Shown here: in pieces, positions 22,584 to 37,649 of the stretch
Layout of the letters: each line of letters begins with the position of its first letter
Numbering within the stretch: position 1 is the stretch's first letter
Assembly: GCA_047495785.1 (NCBI GenBank)
Contig: JBLDXI010000013.1
Span: 1,612,001 to 1,676,000 of the forward strand
Source: Lepidodermella squamata
Taxonomy: Eukaryota; Animalia; Gastrotricha
Reading direction: 5' to 3'
Length of the DNA: 64,000 nt
The notes under the pieces: model-generated
What the model was told of the DNA's origin: nothing
The model's input: only the letters and a program-made list of their open reading frames with translations
Databases searched by the model: none
Translations under genes and position numbers: made by a program

Positions 22584-25500
22584 TTACAGGTCATTGTTGT
22601 TCAAAGTGACGTAGGCGCCAGGTCGGGCCGCTTCTGACTGGTTGGTCTCTAGAGACCGTGATGATCCCAAATGAGCGAAAGACGAGCTCAGCGAGGTTGC
22701 TCTGCCGCTATCGAGAGCGCCTGGCGTTGATGAGCCGTCACCGTCGTGGATGGGATTCGAGAAACCGAAACCGTCGTCGGCTGAGATGATGTTTTTCATC
22801 TGAACAATAGGGCCGCGCGCGTCGCCGGCAGGCTCCTCTTGGAGGGGGTGCATCTGGAAGTCACCGTGAACGCCTCGCCGAGACCGCCACCGCCATACGA
22901 AAAATCCAAGTCCGAGGAGTAGGAGGACGCCAAATATGCACGATATTACGATAACAGCGATGACGAGAGACTGGGATTGAAAGCCGAGCGAGGTTTGCAC
23001 TAACGTGTCACCTGGCTTTACCAGGGCCTGGGTGTCACCGCTCGACTCGTTGCAGAAAGGACCAGAGAAACCAGGCAGGCACTTGCAGACGTACATCTCC
23101 GGGTCGAAACTGTACTCGCAGATGCCGCGACCAGGCGGGCAGGATCTCGCGCACGAGATAGGGTGAGCGGGCGCGGGGATGACGGGCGCACCGCAAGTTG
23201 TTGTCGATCCGTCAGCGAAGTCTGACAGATCCGGGCAAGCGCACTGAGGAGCCCCGCGCTCGCCCAAGATACACAAGTGCGAACAGCCCATTTTCGGACA
23301 GACCAGTGGCCAGGTTGACTGAAGACCAGCCTTCATCGGGTGGTAGACACGTAGCGATTTAGCGGCGAATAGAGTCGCCGTCTGATTAACAGCGACCAAT
23401 CGACCGAATTTGTCCACCTTGAAAAGTTGTCCAATCGTCGCTTCATGGTACAGCGATTGAGTGAAAACACCATAGACGTGCGTTTCAAAAACGTCAAAAG
23501 CCCGGCTGACTCGAGCGTAGAGGCCACCAGGGAACGGTGATCGAGACGGCGAAACTGTAATCGTCGTGACGCCAGTACCATCAAAGTTCGACAAATAAAT
23601 TTGGCGATTGTCCGAGAAATACAAGCGACCAGCAGCTAGATAGTCAACCACGATAGTGTTGATTGGGCTCTGAAAAAGACAAAAACCATTATAACGAAAA
23701 ACTTCTGCGCAGAATAATAACTCACGTTGTTGATTCCGGTGAAGATGGACTGATTTTTCTTGCCATCCATGTTCGCCATAATAAGGTGGACTTCAGTGCT
23801 CCATGGCGATCGGGCGAATTGAACAGAGTAGTAGAGCTTGCCATTCAACGGATTAACCGCCATAGCCGTGATTTTACCGGTGCTGTTGCGAATCAACGTC
23901 TTCTGGTACCGGCCATCATCTCGGGCGACGATAATTCGCGAAACCGCAGCTTGACCGTCAACATTCGTATCGGCAATGTACAAATTACTGCCGATGAAAT
24001 CGATTGACAGGTCAACAACATCAGCCAGGCCTTTAACTGGCATTGATAGAGACCCGGGCGATAAAATGCCTTGTTGCGGCATGGCGGTTCGCCTCAATCG
24101 ACGAGACACACCCTCGGCATAGATAATGGTTCCATCTCTGAAATCCACCTCAACAGCCGCAAAACTTTCATCAGCCTGAGCCTGCGCGACTGACGTGTAC
24201 ACAGTCTTAGCAGTTCGTTTGCCCCACAGACGGATGGAATCAGCTGAGATAAAGATCAAGGTAGTGTCTGATGTGTCGTTAGCTCGGCAGATTGTCATCG
24301 AAGGATTTGAAGAAGTCGAAGGCAATTGCTCGCGAATGAAGCCGTCCGCGCATGGGCAGCGGTAAGTGCCCTTGTCATTATCGCAGGTCTGAGAGCAGTT
24401 ATTCGCAAGGGGTGACAAACATTCGTTGACATCAACACAGAAACGAAGATCGCTCTTTGAAACGACAAAGCCTGGATTACAGCCGCAGTAATAGCCACCC
24501 ACAACTGGCCGGCCGTTGGAAATCGAGGTGACGTTGATGCATTTCTGTTGGCAACCGCCGTTTCCAACAGCGCAACTCGATCCGTCTCGGAAACACCCGA
24601 TTTCATCGGAAATTTCGCACTGGCCGACATGTGTCGCATTCCTGAGCTGGCCGAAAGTTGGCGTCCAAATACCCTCAGGGCAACAGTCAGGCACGCCGTC
24701 GCACAGCTTCGTTTCAGGTACGCATCTGAAGTTTGATCGGCACTTGATTGCGTTGGTAGGGCACGCGCCTTGTTCAAGTTGCAGCGTCATCGCAAGCTGA
24801 CAAGCGGCCGGTGACTCGTCCGAAGTGTCGTTGATACTCACCGGGCCCTGAATGCTACACTGCGAGCGTTGATCGCACAAATCGACGGCTCGAATGCATT
24901 TCTTGGAGGTCTCGCACCGCCAGTAGCCCTGGGTGATGTTACACGGGCGCCTGTTGCACGCGTCCGCAACTTCATCAGAACTGTCGCGGCAATCGTTATC
25001 GCCATCGCAGACGTAGGCGAGAGGGATGCATCGTTTGTTCGCGCATTGGAACTGCGTGGGCGAGCAAGGTACTTCAGGGCAGTTCATTTCGTCCGAGTTG
25101 TCCGGGCAATCAGGAGTACGATCGCACCGGCGGTAGTTGGGAATGCATTTTTCTGAAAAAAATTCCGATAAAATCATCAATAAATTTTGCATTTGAAAAA
25201 TTACCTGTCGAGTTGCAGTGGAATCGAAGAGGTCCACAGGTGATGCCATTGACGCAACTTTGTTCGTCACTGTTATCACCGCAGTCATCGTCACCATCGC
25301 ATCGCCAAACATTCGAAATGCAGCGGCCCGAAGTCTTGCACCTGAATTCGTCTTCAGTACACGGCCTCGCCTGTTTCGCGCAGTACGTCCTGTTTTCATC
25401 GGATCCATCGCCGCAATCATCGACCGTATCGCAGGTCTGATACTGCTGGATGCATCGGCCGTTGCCGCAGCTAAACTCGCCGACACTGCACGCCTGGGTT

Positions 25501-28500
25501 CTGCAGACCGCGGGGCTTTCATCCGACCGATCACGGCAGTCGTCGATACCGTCGCAAATAGCAAATCGTTGAATGCATCGGTAGTTGGACGCGCATTTGA
25601 ACATGAGCGGCGAGCACTTTTGCGTAGCAGCGCACGTCGCAGGTTCGTCAGAGTTGTCCTTGCAGTCGTCATCAAAGTCGCAGACCCAAGATTGCGGGAT
25701 GCAGTTGCCGTTGCCGCACTTGAAATACTCGGCCGGGCAAGTCCGGTTCAAGCACTGGGCATTTAGCGGGAACTCATCACTGCCGTCTCGGCAATCACGA
25801 TTGACGTTGCATTGCTGCCACATCGGGATACATTGGCCGGATCGACAGCGGTACTCACGAGATCCGCAAATAGTCGCATTGCAATTAACCTCATCACTGC
25901 CGTCTCGGCATTCGGGGACACCGTTGCAAAGTTGGCTCGGATAGACGCAAGTTCCGTCGTTGTTAACACACTGGAACAGACCTCGAGCGCAGGTGCGTCG
26001 CGGGCATGTCGGCGGTTCGTCACTTCCATCACGGCAATCGCGCTCCCCATCGCAGAACCAAGTTCGCGGAATGCACCTCTCATCAGACGAGCCACACTTG
26101 AATTGGGTGTTTGTACACCTAGCGATACATTTCTTGCCGTTACCTTCGAGTTGGAAGTCGACCGGGCACGCGCATTGAGCTTGACCACTCGGCGTTTGAA
26201 GGCACAAATGAGAGCATCCACCGTTATTAACATGGCATGGGTGCGCCTTGAAGCGTTGCGCGGCAGGGTGGACAACCACCATTGAATAAGGTGGATGCAC
26301 TGTTTCGTTGACGATCGACATCCGGTCAGTTGCGTTGAACTGCTCGGCTACCTCGATAGTGCGTCTCGTGAAGTCGGTCCAATACAGGTTTCCATCGAAA
26401 ACAGCCATCGATCTGACGTAGGTAACTTCGCGAAGCGGTAGGACTGTTTTGATGAATTTACCGTCTAGGTCCGTCATTTTCACCCAACCGTAGTAGTTGT
26501 CCGACCAGTAAAGCCAGCCACCGTAAGAATCAATGGCTAACGATCCCGGTTCATCCATTTCACCACGGTCTTTCGAGACAATGACGCGCCAGTCCGAACC
26601 GTCCATTCCCACTTTCGCGAGGAAAACAGGATGGCTCAGTTCGATGTAGTAGACATAGCCGCGCCACGAGTCGCAAACAATGAAAGACGGCGCGCGCTCA
26701 CGTCGCACGCCGTTATCATGAACTATCGATTCGTAAGATCCGTTCAGTTCCGAAACGAAAACGTCAATATTCGTGTAATACAGCTTGCGGCCGATCCAGT
26801 CGACACAGAAGTGCGAATCGGCTGAAAAGTGGGTGATCTTCGCAACTGTATTACGATTCTGACCAGATTTTAAGTCCATCGTCAACAAACCGGCACCTTC
26901 CTGAATGTAGTACAGCTTATTCTCACGATAATCGTAGTCAAGCGCGCGAATAACTCCGATATTTCTCGCCAGCATCGTGTAATTCTCGAGGTTCAAAGTC
27001 ATCATTCGAATGTAGAAAACATTGGCGAAAAGAAGGTAAGGCTGGGTATCGAGTGGTCGCTTGCACTTGCTAGGGTCTGATGGTACAGCAGTGTAAGGTG
27101 CGTCACAGGAGCATTTGTAGGTGCTTCCCGGTAGACTGGTACAGACTTGCTGGCAAACACCAGGTGATTCAAGACACTGATTGACCGGAACGCATTTTGT
27201 TGGCACTTGCCCAGCTGTAACGTTAGTGTCCAAGCGGAAACCGGCACGGCAAGAGCAGGCGTAACCAAGTTTAAGCTCGGTGCAAAGCTGCTCACACGGG
27301 CGGCTGTCACAATCTGTAAAGTTGCACTTCATCTGCCGGCCACTCGTGATATCTTGGTAGCCTTCATCAGATCCATCGGCGCAATCGGGTTTGTGATCGC
27401 ACACCTAAAAAATTGGGAACAAAAATTAGAACAAAATTTAAAAAAGTCCGCCTTAATACAATTTTTTTTAGCAAAACTCGAAAAAACTAACCTGGGCTAA
27501 CGAGACGCAAACAGAGTCGTTACGGCACATGAATTGTGAAGAGGTGCACGTTGGCTTGACTATGACAGTAACATTGGAAATGACCGGCGCACAATTTGCC
27601 TCGTCGGACCAATCACCACAGTCATCACGTCCATTGCAAGTCAGAGTTTTAGCAACACATTTAGCATTGAAACAACGGAACTTGGTTGGATCCCGGGCAC
27701 AGCCGCAGTTTGCATCATTTTCATCGTCACCCTGTGGGCAGTCGTGATCACCGTCGCAGACGAATGAAGATGGGATGCATTCGGTGCTGCTGTTGCATTG
27801 GAACATGCCGACAGCGCATGATCGCCGCGCAGCGCCTGCAGTACAATTCGCCTCGTCTTCGCATTTCGTGCAATCGCAATCGCCGTCGCAGGTGTAAGTG
27901 GCCGGGATGCAAGGTCCGCGGGCAATACCAGGCGCACGGTTAGAAACACAGTCGAATTCGGTGGTTCGGTTGCAAGACAAGCCAGAGCACATGGTAGAAT
28001 CTTCATCAGACCTATCACCGCAATCAGGATCGCCGTCGCATAGCCACCGCCTAGTAATGCAGCGACCGTCACTTCGGCACTGAAATTGCTCTGTCGTACA
28101 GCGTTGCGTGGTATTTCTGCCGAAGCATGACGGCTGAGTTTCATCGTCACCATCCGGGCAATCGGCCTCGCCGTCGCAAACCCAATGTGGCGGCACGCAA
28201 CGGCCGCTAGAGCAGCGGAACATGCCGAACGCGCATTGAGTGTTCGAACAAGCCTGGCGGGTTTCGTCAGAGCCGTCGTGGCAGTCGTCCTCGCCGTCGC
28301 ACACCCAGCGTTGATCGATGCAAATATTCGTGGTCGCGCATTTGAATTCATCGCTTCGGCATTGTCGATCAGGGCAGCCCTTTTCGTCAGTCGCATTGCC
28401 ATCACGGCAATCGTCTCGGCCGTCACATCGCAGCGATGCAGCAATACAGCGCCCGTTCAAACAGGCGATAGTTGCATTCGGGCACGACTCGTAGATACAA

Positions 28501-31500
28501 CCGATTTCATCGGAATTATCGCGGCAGTCGTTATCGTGATCGCAGCGGTAAGACGGAGAAATGCAACGACCGTTGTTGCATTTGAAACGATCGGCATCGC
28601 ACTGTTTGTTTTTACAGAAGATCGGGTCTTCGTCCGTGCCATCCGGGCAGTCGTTGTCGCCATCGCAAGCCCATTTAAGGAGGATGCAATTACCATTACC
28701 GCACGTGAAATGATCAGCCTCGTTGCAAGTCGCGTTAACTTTAACGCAAGAGCGACGACCGTTCGCAGCGAAAAGACCAGCCGGGCATGAACAGAACGCT
28801 TTGTTGCCGATAGTTTTCGTGCAATTGAAGGGGCAACCGCCGTTATTGACCCGGCATGGATCGGCTTCACATTGCCGGGAGATATAACTCTGAGACTTGA
28901 CCGCCAGCGAAATGTAAATTGGAGGGTCCAGCTGACCAGGCAGCACGTTTTCCATGCCACTCAAGGTATCAAGGCTGATGCGATAGACACCTCGCAGCTG
29001 GTAATCAGACCAGTACAGGAAGTTGTCGTAAAGAGCGAGTGAGTAGGGCATGGCGGCTGAACCGACTGCGACCGCGGTTTTCGACCCATCGAGGGTAGCA
29101 CTCCAGATCTTGCCAGAACCAACGTCAGCCCAATAAACCACGTCATTGACATCATCGACAACGATACCAAGAGGCAACGTGGTCGAACCTTCAGGCGAAA
29201 TGAGTTGACGATCTGCGCCCGTTCTCAAGACCCGGTAAACCCCGATAACACCCGGGCCGCCCCACTGGGTCCAATACAAAACTCCGTAGCAGGAATGGAC
29301 TGCAATGTGCTTCGGATTCACAGCGGATGTCAACTCGGTAATAGCCCATGTCGAGGTGTCGCTTGATGACAAATTGACGTAAGCCAACATATTTCGATTA
29401 GATAATGTTAGATAGAGAATGTGGTTGTTCCAATCGTAGGCCATTCCGCCGATTTGGACACGCCCAGTTCCGAGATTTCGAAGTGGAACCTCACCAGCTG
29501 AAGAACCAGAAATGTAACCGCGGGTATATTTCAAACCAGTCGAATCGCCGTAGAAAATACGGTCCCCAGATGGGTCCATCCAAACTGCAGAGATGTCGGT
29601 CATGTTGACCAACGATGCGATCGGACGTTCGTTCCATTGAGTTGGTGGTAAACTGGCCGAGTTAATAGCGGTTTTCGACGCCCAGACCATGAATGGCTGC
29701 GCCGGCAAAGTGCATTGGTTCGGATTAGAGGGGTTAACAGTGCCATAAGCGCAAGCGCATCGGAACTGGTTGTCTGGCAAATTGAAGCACAGCTGCTCAC
29801 AGGAGGCCGTGGCACAAGGATTTCCGCTCGAAATTTTCATACTAGAAACAAAAAATGGTTGGATAAGAAGATATTCTTCAATAAAATTAGTACCTCGAGT
29901 CGTAATAGTAAAGATCGCCCGGTCCCTCAGGGTAATAATTAAGAACCAAGACACGGGCATTGCTGTCGCGACTGTAAATGGTGTTATCATGAGTGTCCGA
30001 AAAATAAATCATGTTGTTATAGTAGGCGATGCCAGCAACTCCCTCAACGCTATCTTGAAGAATCTGCGAAGAAGTGTGCGAGCCGTTAGACGGATTCAAC
30101 GGCAGTTTTGTAATGATTCCCAGGTCAGCATCGGTAATATACAGGTCGCCAGTGGTTGGATCAACGGTTAACGAAGTCGGTTGTCGGAACAAATCTTTTG
30201 AGCCAGGGACTTCAATCGCATTCTGGCCGTCGAGATCGGACACCATAATAGTTGGCTGCTGACCATTCAACGCGAAAAACAGTCGTTTTCGCATAAGATC
30301 AACCGCGATCGAATACGGCGAGCTGTCCGTGCTTTTGTAGATGACTTTTCGGTAGGTCGTTCCGAGTTTGAATGCTTCAATTACCGATGCTTCGAACTGC
30401 TCTTGGCCGACATACAACATGCCGGTATCAGATTCAAAGGCAAGGGATAGCACAGTACCGAGACCGGAGTCGGTAACGATTTTGTGAGTCCCAACACCGA
30501 AACCGACACTCTTGATGATGTTGTGGGTTGAGCCTTCCTTTTCGGCCCAGTAAAACACGCGGTTGACCGGGTCGAAAGTCATCGCGACAATAGTGTTCGA
30601 ACCGACAGTAATCGGTGCGCTCGAGACAACAGGGCCGCCGGTCGAGGTTGACTGAGTTCCCAGGGTGAAAATCGAGTTTCCGATAACGCCGATGAGATAC
30701 GAGCCAAAAGGTGAGCAAGTCGATTGATCCGCGTTCAGGCGGTAACCCATTGCACAGGCGCATTGACGGGTGTTTCCAGTCTTCGGCAAGCAAATTTGTT
30801 CGCAGCCGTCGTATAATCCAGCCTAAAAACCATTTTTTCAAGTTTTTTCATCATTCATTTTAGTTTTAATATTTACCATGCAGCCGGTGACGAGTCCTCT
30901 GTTATCATTAGGCGAGTCGATAAAAACATCGAGGGCCTTCGGCACGACGTCCTCGGAGGTAATGTTGTACGCAAAAGTAGCTGAGGCGCCATCGCTCATC
31001 AAGGCGACAATGCGACGGGCCGTATTGTTGTACGCGTAGATAATAGACGGCGAAAATGGATCCAAGGTCAACGGGAAGACGCGGACGTCGTACTCTCGAA
31101 CTGAGGCCATAACCGTGCTGACCGGCGTAGTCACACGAACGAGCTTTTCACGGCCGGGAGCAGTGAACCACAGCTGCTGGAGAGTTGAAGACGAAAAATC
31201 GCAACTGAACGACGAATACATCATCTAAAAGATATTTTAAAAAAAAATTATTTGACCTATAAGAAACTGGTATTTTCAACCTTTAACGTGACAACAATCG
31301 CAGCATTTTCGCCAGCCATTGAAGATCGAACGATCTTATTGACAAAATAAGCACCGCCGTGATCAATCCAAAACAGATGGAAATTCGGCAAGTCCAGGCA
31401 CATTCCAACAGGTTTGTATGGACTGGCGTCATCCGATGGTTTATGGCTCAATAACGTGGTCGACATGGATGGCACCGTGTTATTTTTCGGGGCGATGCGG

Positions 31501-34500
31501 AAAACGCGAATTGCTCGGAACATGGAGTCTCCAACGTAAAGATTTCTAGACACCCAATCGTAGGCCAGGGCGGTTGGAGTGCCGTAGACGTCGAATTTCG
31601 GCTGGGTCGCATTCGATGAGATTGACTGGTTGGTCAACGACCACGTCTGAATAGTAGCGGCCTGGGTGGTGCCATTTGTCACAACCATGAACAAATCGCC
31701 AGTTTTCGGGTCGACGTCCATCGAAGACACAGTGCCTGTGATGGACAGGGGCGCAAAGGGTACCGAGGCGTTGTTAACCGTTTCGATATCGCGTTGCGAT
31801 GTTCCGAGCCACATTCCCTTCAGTTGATTTTCCGTCGCCACAACCAGAACTTTGCTTCCAACCTGCCGCTGGCATCTCACCAGGGTCGAGTCCAAAATCA
31901 TACCGAACGGGCATGAGCAACTAGTGCGGCCAGGTGCGGAAAGAAGACACAAATGGCTGCATTGCGAATTCTGGCACGGATTAGTTTCGTTCGGTTTGTA
32001 ATTTTCGTGATACGCGACAATTGTGTATGGGTTGTTATCAAACGGTAGTAAGACACCCTGCTCCAAACCAGTGTCCTTGTTAGCATAGGCTACTCTCAAC
32101 GCTTGACGATCAGTCCAGTAGACTCGGTCTTCCAGAACCAACAGGCCATGCGGGTGACGTAAGAAATGATCGTTGGCTAAAACTCGTTTTCGATTTCGGC
32201 CATTGTAGTCAACATAGTCGATGAATTTGTAGTTGGCATCAGCGAAATAAACACGATTATTCGGATAGTCGACAGAAATATCATTCGGCCAGTATAAATC
32301 ACTGTTGACGATGACACTTCTTTCCGTACCATCCGGTCTCATACGTTCGATTCTCGGCCGGACGCCCCAGTCTGAGAAGAAAATCCAACGCTGTTGCGCT
32401 CGAGGATCGATAGCAAGGCCACGCGGCTTTTTCAAATTAAATTTCGTGACTAGTGAAATCAAGTTGGTTTGAGACATAGAAGCGACCAACATCCAATCGT
32501 AGCCAGAGTCAACCCAATACACGTTACGGCCGATCCAATCGACAACTAGATTTTCGACGACTGAAACCGAGTTTTGAACAAACGGTCGCATGTTTTGCCC
32601 GGTAATATCGGCTTGTAAAATGGTAGTGCCGCGCAATGGAGCGAAGTAGATTTTCTTTAGGACAGGGTCAACGTCGGTTCCGACGAAATTTGTCTCCCCT
32701 GGAACATCGATTTGTGTAGCAGTGCCGCCTAAGGTGCTTACGTAACCGAAAAATCCGCGGCCAGCAACGAAGAGTCGAGGCGCGTCCTGCCCGGCCAACT
32801 GGCAACGAGTGCGGTTTTTCAGCACGTAACCAGGCTCACAGGAGCAAGAGAACGACCCTTTCGTATTGTTGCATCGCTGGGAGCAGGCGCCACCTTGAGC
32901 TGAACATTCGTCGAGATCGACGCAGAGCGTTGAGTTCGGGGCGAACTGGAATCCGCGGCGACACATGCATTTAGCGCCCATCGGCGTGTCAATGCACAGG
33001 TCGGAACAGCCACCGTTATCCAGCAAGCACTGCCGGTCATTGCAAGCGTAGCCTTCATCGTCACCGCCTGGGCAGTCGACGCGGCCGTTGCAGACCCGGT
33101 CAAGGGTCAAACAGGTGCGTTTGTCTGAGCACAAGAAGTTACCATCCCGCGTGCACGTGATAGTAGGCGGGCAGCCGAGTTCGTCGTTACCGTTCGGGCA
33201 GTCGCGAGAGCCGGAGCAGCGTTTTTCATTCGGAATACACAAATTATCAATACCACAAGACCAGTAACCTGTCGGGCAGGGTTTAGCCGTGCAATTCGCT
33301 TCGTCGGAACCATCCCCACAATCAACGATTCCATCGCAAATATCACCGGAGCTGAGACAAATTCCTGGGATGAAACTGGTTCCGTTGACGAAAAACGGTG
33401 CCGGGGTAGTTGATGTTGTAGCAGGTGTAACGGCTTGAGTGAATAAATTGAAGAAAAACGGGAAGCGGCCACTTGTTCCACCTGGGATGAAAGGCGGTCG
33501 CGGAGACCAAGCGCCGTTCGGATTGAAATCATCGGCCGAACCGCTTGGCGGTGTGATCGGCGGGGCAGCGCACCAGAAGTTTCCATTCGCGCTGCATTTC
33601 TTCGCAATATCTGACCACGAAACTTCAGTGCCACTGCAGGCAGATAGTCCAGTTGCGGATGCTTTACAGTACGACGCTGTTGGGAGAGTCCCCGAGCCAA
33701 GGCATGCATCGATTTGGCAGGTCTCCTCATCACGAGCGGCGCAACCTGCTTCATCACTACGATCCGGGCAGTCGTAAACACCATTACAACGGGCTAAAAC
33801 TGGAACGCAGAGGTCGGATGACGTACAGGCCATGAGACCAGGGGACGGGCAGGCGCCACCCGCTAACCGGGTACAGCCTTTCTCGTCAGTTCCATCTGGG
33901 CAATCAGCTTGGCCATTGCATACCAGGGTTTGATTAATGCAAGAACCGATGATAGAACAACGAAATTGGCCGAGTTTACACGTTTGAGCAATGGTGTTAC
34001 ACCCCTCCTCGTCACTACGATCAGCACAATCGAAGTTTGCGTCGCAGCGAAGTGAGCCAGGGATGCAAAGGCCTGATTTGCAACGGAACTTTTCCGGCAG
34101 GTTGCAAGTTGCAGTTTGGCAATTTGCGGTCTCGTCAGAACCATCAGCGCAATCTTTTTCGCCATCGCAAACGAACGACGCTTGAATGCATTGCTGTTTG
34201 TTAGCGCATGAGAAGTAATTGCTGGCCGGTTTCGGGCAAAGTGCAACCGTTTGAGCTGAATTCGGGTCTTGCCGGCATTTGCTGTTGCTGGTCTCGTTGA
34301 ACACCCAACCATCCGGGCATCGGCAGGTTCGGACCGTCGGCCGGCTGATGACATCAATGAGCATGCCCAGCCATGGCGGATTCGGATTGCCGTTATTCTG
34401 ACGAGCCGGGACGTCTTGAGATGACATAATCGTAATATCGTTGCGTTTAATGAAAGCGAAGCAGAAATGAGAACAATCGCCGCGTTTCGGCCCGCACAAA

Positions 34501-37500
34501 TCGGCGACTCGAGACGCGACAGTGTCGTTGAACAACCGCAGCTTTTCCACGCCATTGACTTCTTTTCGGATCAAATCGAGGCGAGTGTCGGCTGCGCTTT
34601 TTCGCAGACGGTAAATTCCGCTGCTTCGGACGTCGTAAATGTAGTAATTGAACTCGGAAATAGCAATCGTCTTCGGCACAATGAATTGGCTTAGCAAGAT
34701 CGTTCGCACGTCTTTGCCATCCAAATCAGAGTGTTGAATTCTAAATAGAAAAAAGACTTCATTATGCAAGCAGTCTAAAAACCACAAGGTAAAAATAAAC
34801 GTTAAAAACAACAAAAATACTGACAACAATCAGTACCTCCTACGAATTTTAGAAGAATCAGTCTAAAAAATGAAAAATTTCCTAAAAAAATAATGAAAAA
34901 ATAATATCGAATGAGCTTGGATAAAAGCTTAAAATGAGGATTTGTTTGTAAATACCTTGCGTAGTATTCATCAACCCAAAATAGCCGATCGAGATAGAAA
35001 TCGACATTGACGTCGGAAATGTATCCCAATCCGCCTTGAGCAATTGTCGTAACGTCAACACTGCTGACATTGATGCGTCGAATTGTGAATTTCAGACCGC
35101 CGTTGACGTTAACCTGTTCGCTCCAGTAAGCGTAACCATAAGCTGGGTGAAGAGCCAAGTGTTTCGGACGTTGTAAATTACGAGCCAGGGTGACAACTTG
35201 GTTGCGAGTAGCCCGACTCGGATCGTCGCTAACGTCAATAACTTTCAAAGTTCCGGCCGATGATAAAAAGTAAAGGTAGCCAGATAGCCAATTCAAAGCC
35301 AAGCCGGAAATTTGACCAGGTCCAGACAGATTGTAAACAGGGACAGCGTAATCCATGCTTGCGCCTAAATTATAGAAAAAATTGAAAAATTAAACATCAT
35401 TTTTACGTTTATAAAAGCGGACCATTTGACATTGAAACCATAGATGGAAGTACTCGCTCACCGGCTAAAAATGATTTGTAGACGATCGACTGCGACACGA
35501 CATCCACAAAGAAAATTTTGTTTTTCGCGCCGTACATCGCAAACTGACTGTAGCGATTCGCCAGTCGTTTATCATCGGCGCCTAACGTTGCTGCTTTCGG
35601 CGGCCGGCGAAGAAAAATCGGTCCCATGGCATCAATCGACAACGGATCAGTCAGTACTGGTATGTCTTCCGTGTAATTGATAGGCATAGCTCGGATTCCC
35701 TGAGTCATTTGGCTGATAACCAAGTAATTTTTCACCGCAGAGCAGGTCTGACCATCGCTCGACAGGGTGTTTTGGAAATCGCAGAAGCATTTGTACCCTG
35801 GATTTTCGGACGGATGTGCTGGTAGGCAGTTGAATTTACACGGGTTATTAGCACAAGGATCGGGTAAATTCGCCGGCCGGTATAACGGGTGAATAACGCG
35901 GAAGTGGGTCAACGAAGCCGAGCCGTCAATTGCAGTCAAATTCCACAATAATTGCCCGGTCATTCGATCCAGGCCAAGTCTTTGATGCCGATCAGCCAAA
36001 AATATCTCCTCGTTAAACACGGCTATGCTCGTAAATAGGCCAGCCGATTGCAAAAACGACGGTGATAGCGAATAGCTAAAAAATTCAAAAATAATGAAAC
36101 GCAGAAGCAGCCTTTAGAAATTACCATTGAAGTCCCTCGTAATTACAAGAAGAAATCGCTCGTTTCTTGCTATCAAACCAGTAGAAACGGCGGTTAACCG
36201 TGTCAATCGTGAAAGCGGAAACGCCAAAACTGTCCGAGCCACCTTGAACAAGAATTCGACGATAATCTCCAGTCAGACTGGCTCGCTCGATTTTCGTCGG
36301 GATTTTGCCGTCGTCTGAACCAGTGTCAACGACGAAAATATAACCGGCAACCGGGTCGATTTCGATATAACGTGGCGTTGTAAAATTATCGACCATGATC
36401 GTGTGTTGGTAAACGCTTGAGGTGAACTCAGCTTGACGACTCATCGGCAGTAGAACGGAAACACGCCCTAACTGATCGTCGGTGATGTAAATATTTTTCG
36501 ACCGCCAATCATACGCCATATCGGTGATCGACTTGGCATAGCGCGGTGAGATGTAAATCATCGAAGCTGGGTCGAAAAGAAAAATATTCGTCCCGTTCGT
36601 GACAAACAAGCTGTTTGAGCTCGAGTCTTTCGGTTCCATAGCTTGAATTTTGCCGGCGAAATCACCGAACCGGGCGAGGCGAACCGAATTGAACGAGCTC
36701 GATGTATAACCAGCTTTAACATTGCCGAACTTGTTGTTCCCTAAATCGTCTTGGAAAATTTCGAAACCAACAGGCCGCGATGAATCTTGACAGGAAAACA
36801 ATTAGAATAAAATCCGCATAAATCAGAATTAATTTATTTACCGGCTAAATTGCAACGACTAGGGTTGTTCGGTGTCGTCACGAATCCGGGATTGCAAGAG
36901 CAAGTAAAACCGCCGACCGTATTTAAGCACTTTTGACTGCAAGTATTGCTCGCGAACGCACATTCATCAAAATCTGGGCAAAATATAATTAAATAATGCA
37001 AATTTATCGTTTTAATTTGCAAACCTTGACAATCCAACGGATTCAGGTCAGAAAAGGACCGCCCGGTGGTGTAAAAAGCCGGACATGAGCACATCAAGCT
37101 GACAATGCCGTTGACGTTAGTTGAACGTTGTGGGGCTCTTTGACACCGATCAGCGGTCTGACATCGAGATGCCACGATAACACTGTCGATTTTATTGCAT
37201 TCTTGCCCGCAGGACCGCTCATCAACCCCGCCTGGACAGTCCTCCTTGCCGTCGCAGAGCTGCGATAGGGCTATGCATGGCGCGGGCGATAGAGGGTAAC
37301 TCGCGTAGACCATATCGCTGGAATTCATATACGCGCATGATATTGTATTCCGCGTCAACCGGCACGAGTCGGAATTTAACGATTTATCCGTCCGGCCGTA
37401 GCACCACAATTCGTCGCTGGCATCTAAGCATTCTGCGATTCCGTTACACCGGGCGGAAAAGTCTAAGCACTTGTTCGTTTCATTGGCGGACAAGCACTGG

Positions 37501-37649
37501 AACTGGGTTGGCAGGCAAATATTGCCACCCGAGTCGGACGAAACCCCGCTTAAACTGATTGCGAGGAGGAGTAAAACGAGGTTGCGAGAGTAAGTAATAA
37601 AAAGAGACAGCTGTGACCGCCTTAACAGTAGAAAACTTTCATCGTGCAT
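22584..37649 (-). CDS. Giant LDL-receptor-related protein, megalin/LRP2-like (roughly 4,700 aa, about a dozen short introns)
   Basis: Signal peptide; several clusters of LDLa repeats (CDGxxDCxDGSDE); EGF/cbEGF modules; YWTD-type beta-propellers (LYWSD, VYWTD, IFFSDWG); single TM LVIAVIVISCIFGVLLLLGLGFFVW; tail with FSNPIH. LRP2 versus LRP1 orthology not resolved. Confidence 0.93.

Noticed and set aside
23333-34694. Many long alternative-frame and antisense ORFs (e.g. first ~160 aa of 23636..25675, 27641..28444, 28185..28790, 33107..33784)
   Set aside because: Shadow frames of the GC-rich, Cys-rich LRP coding sequence; no independent domain signal.
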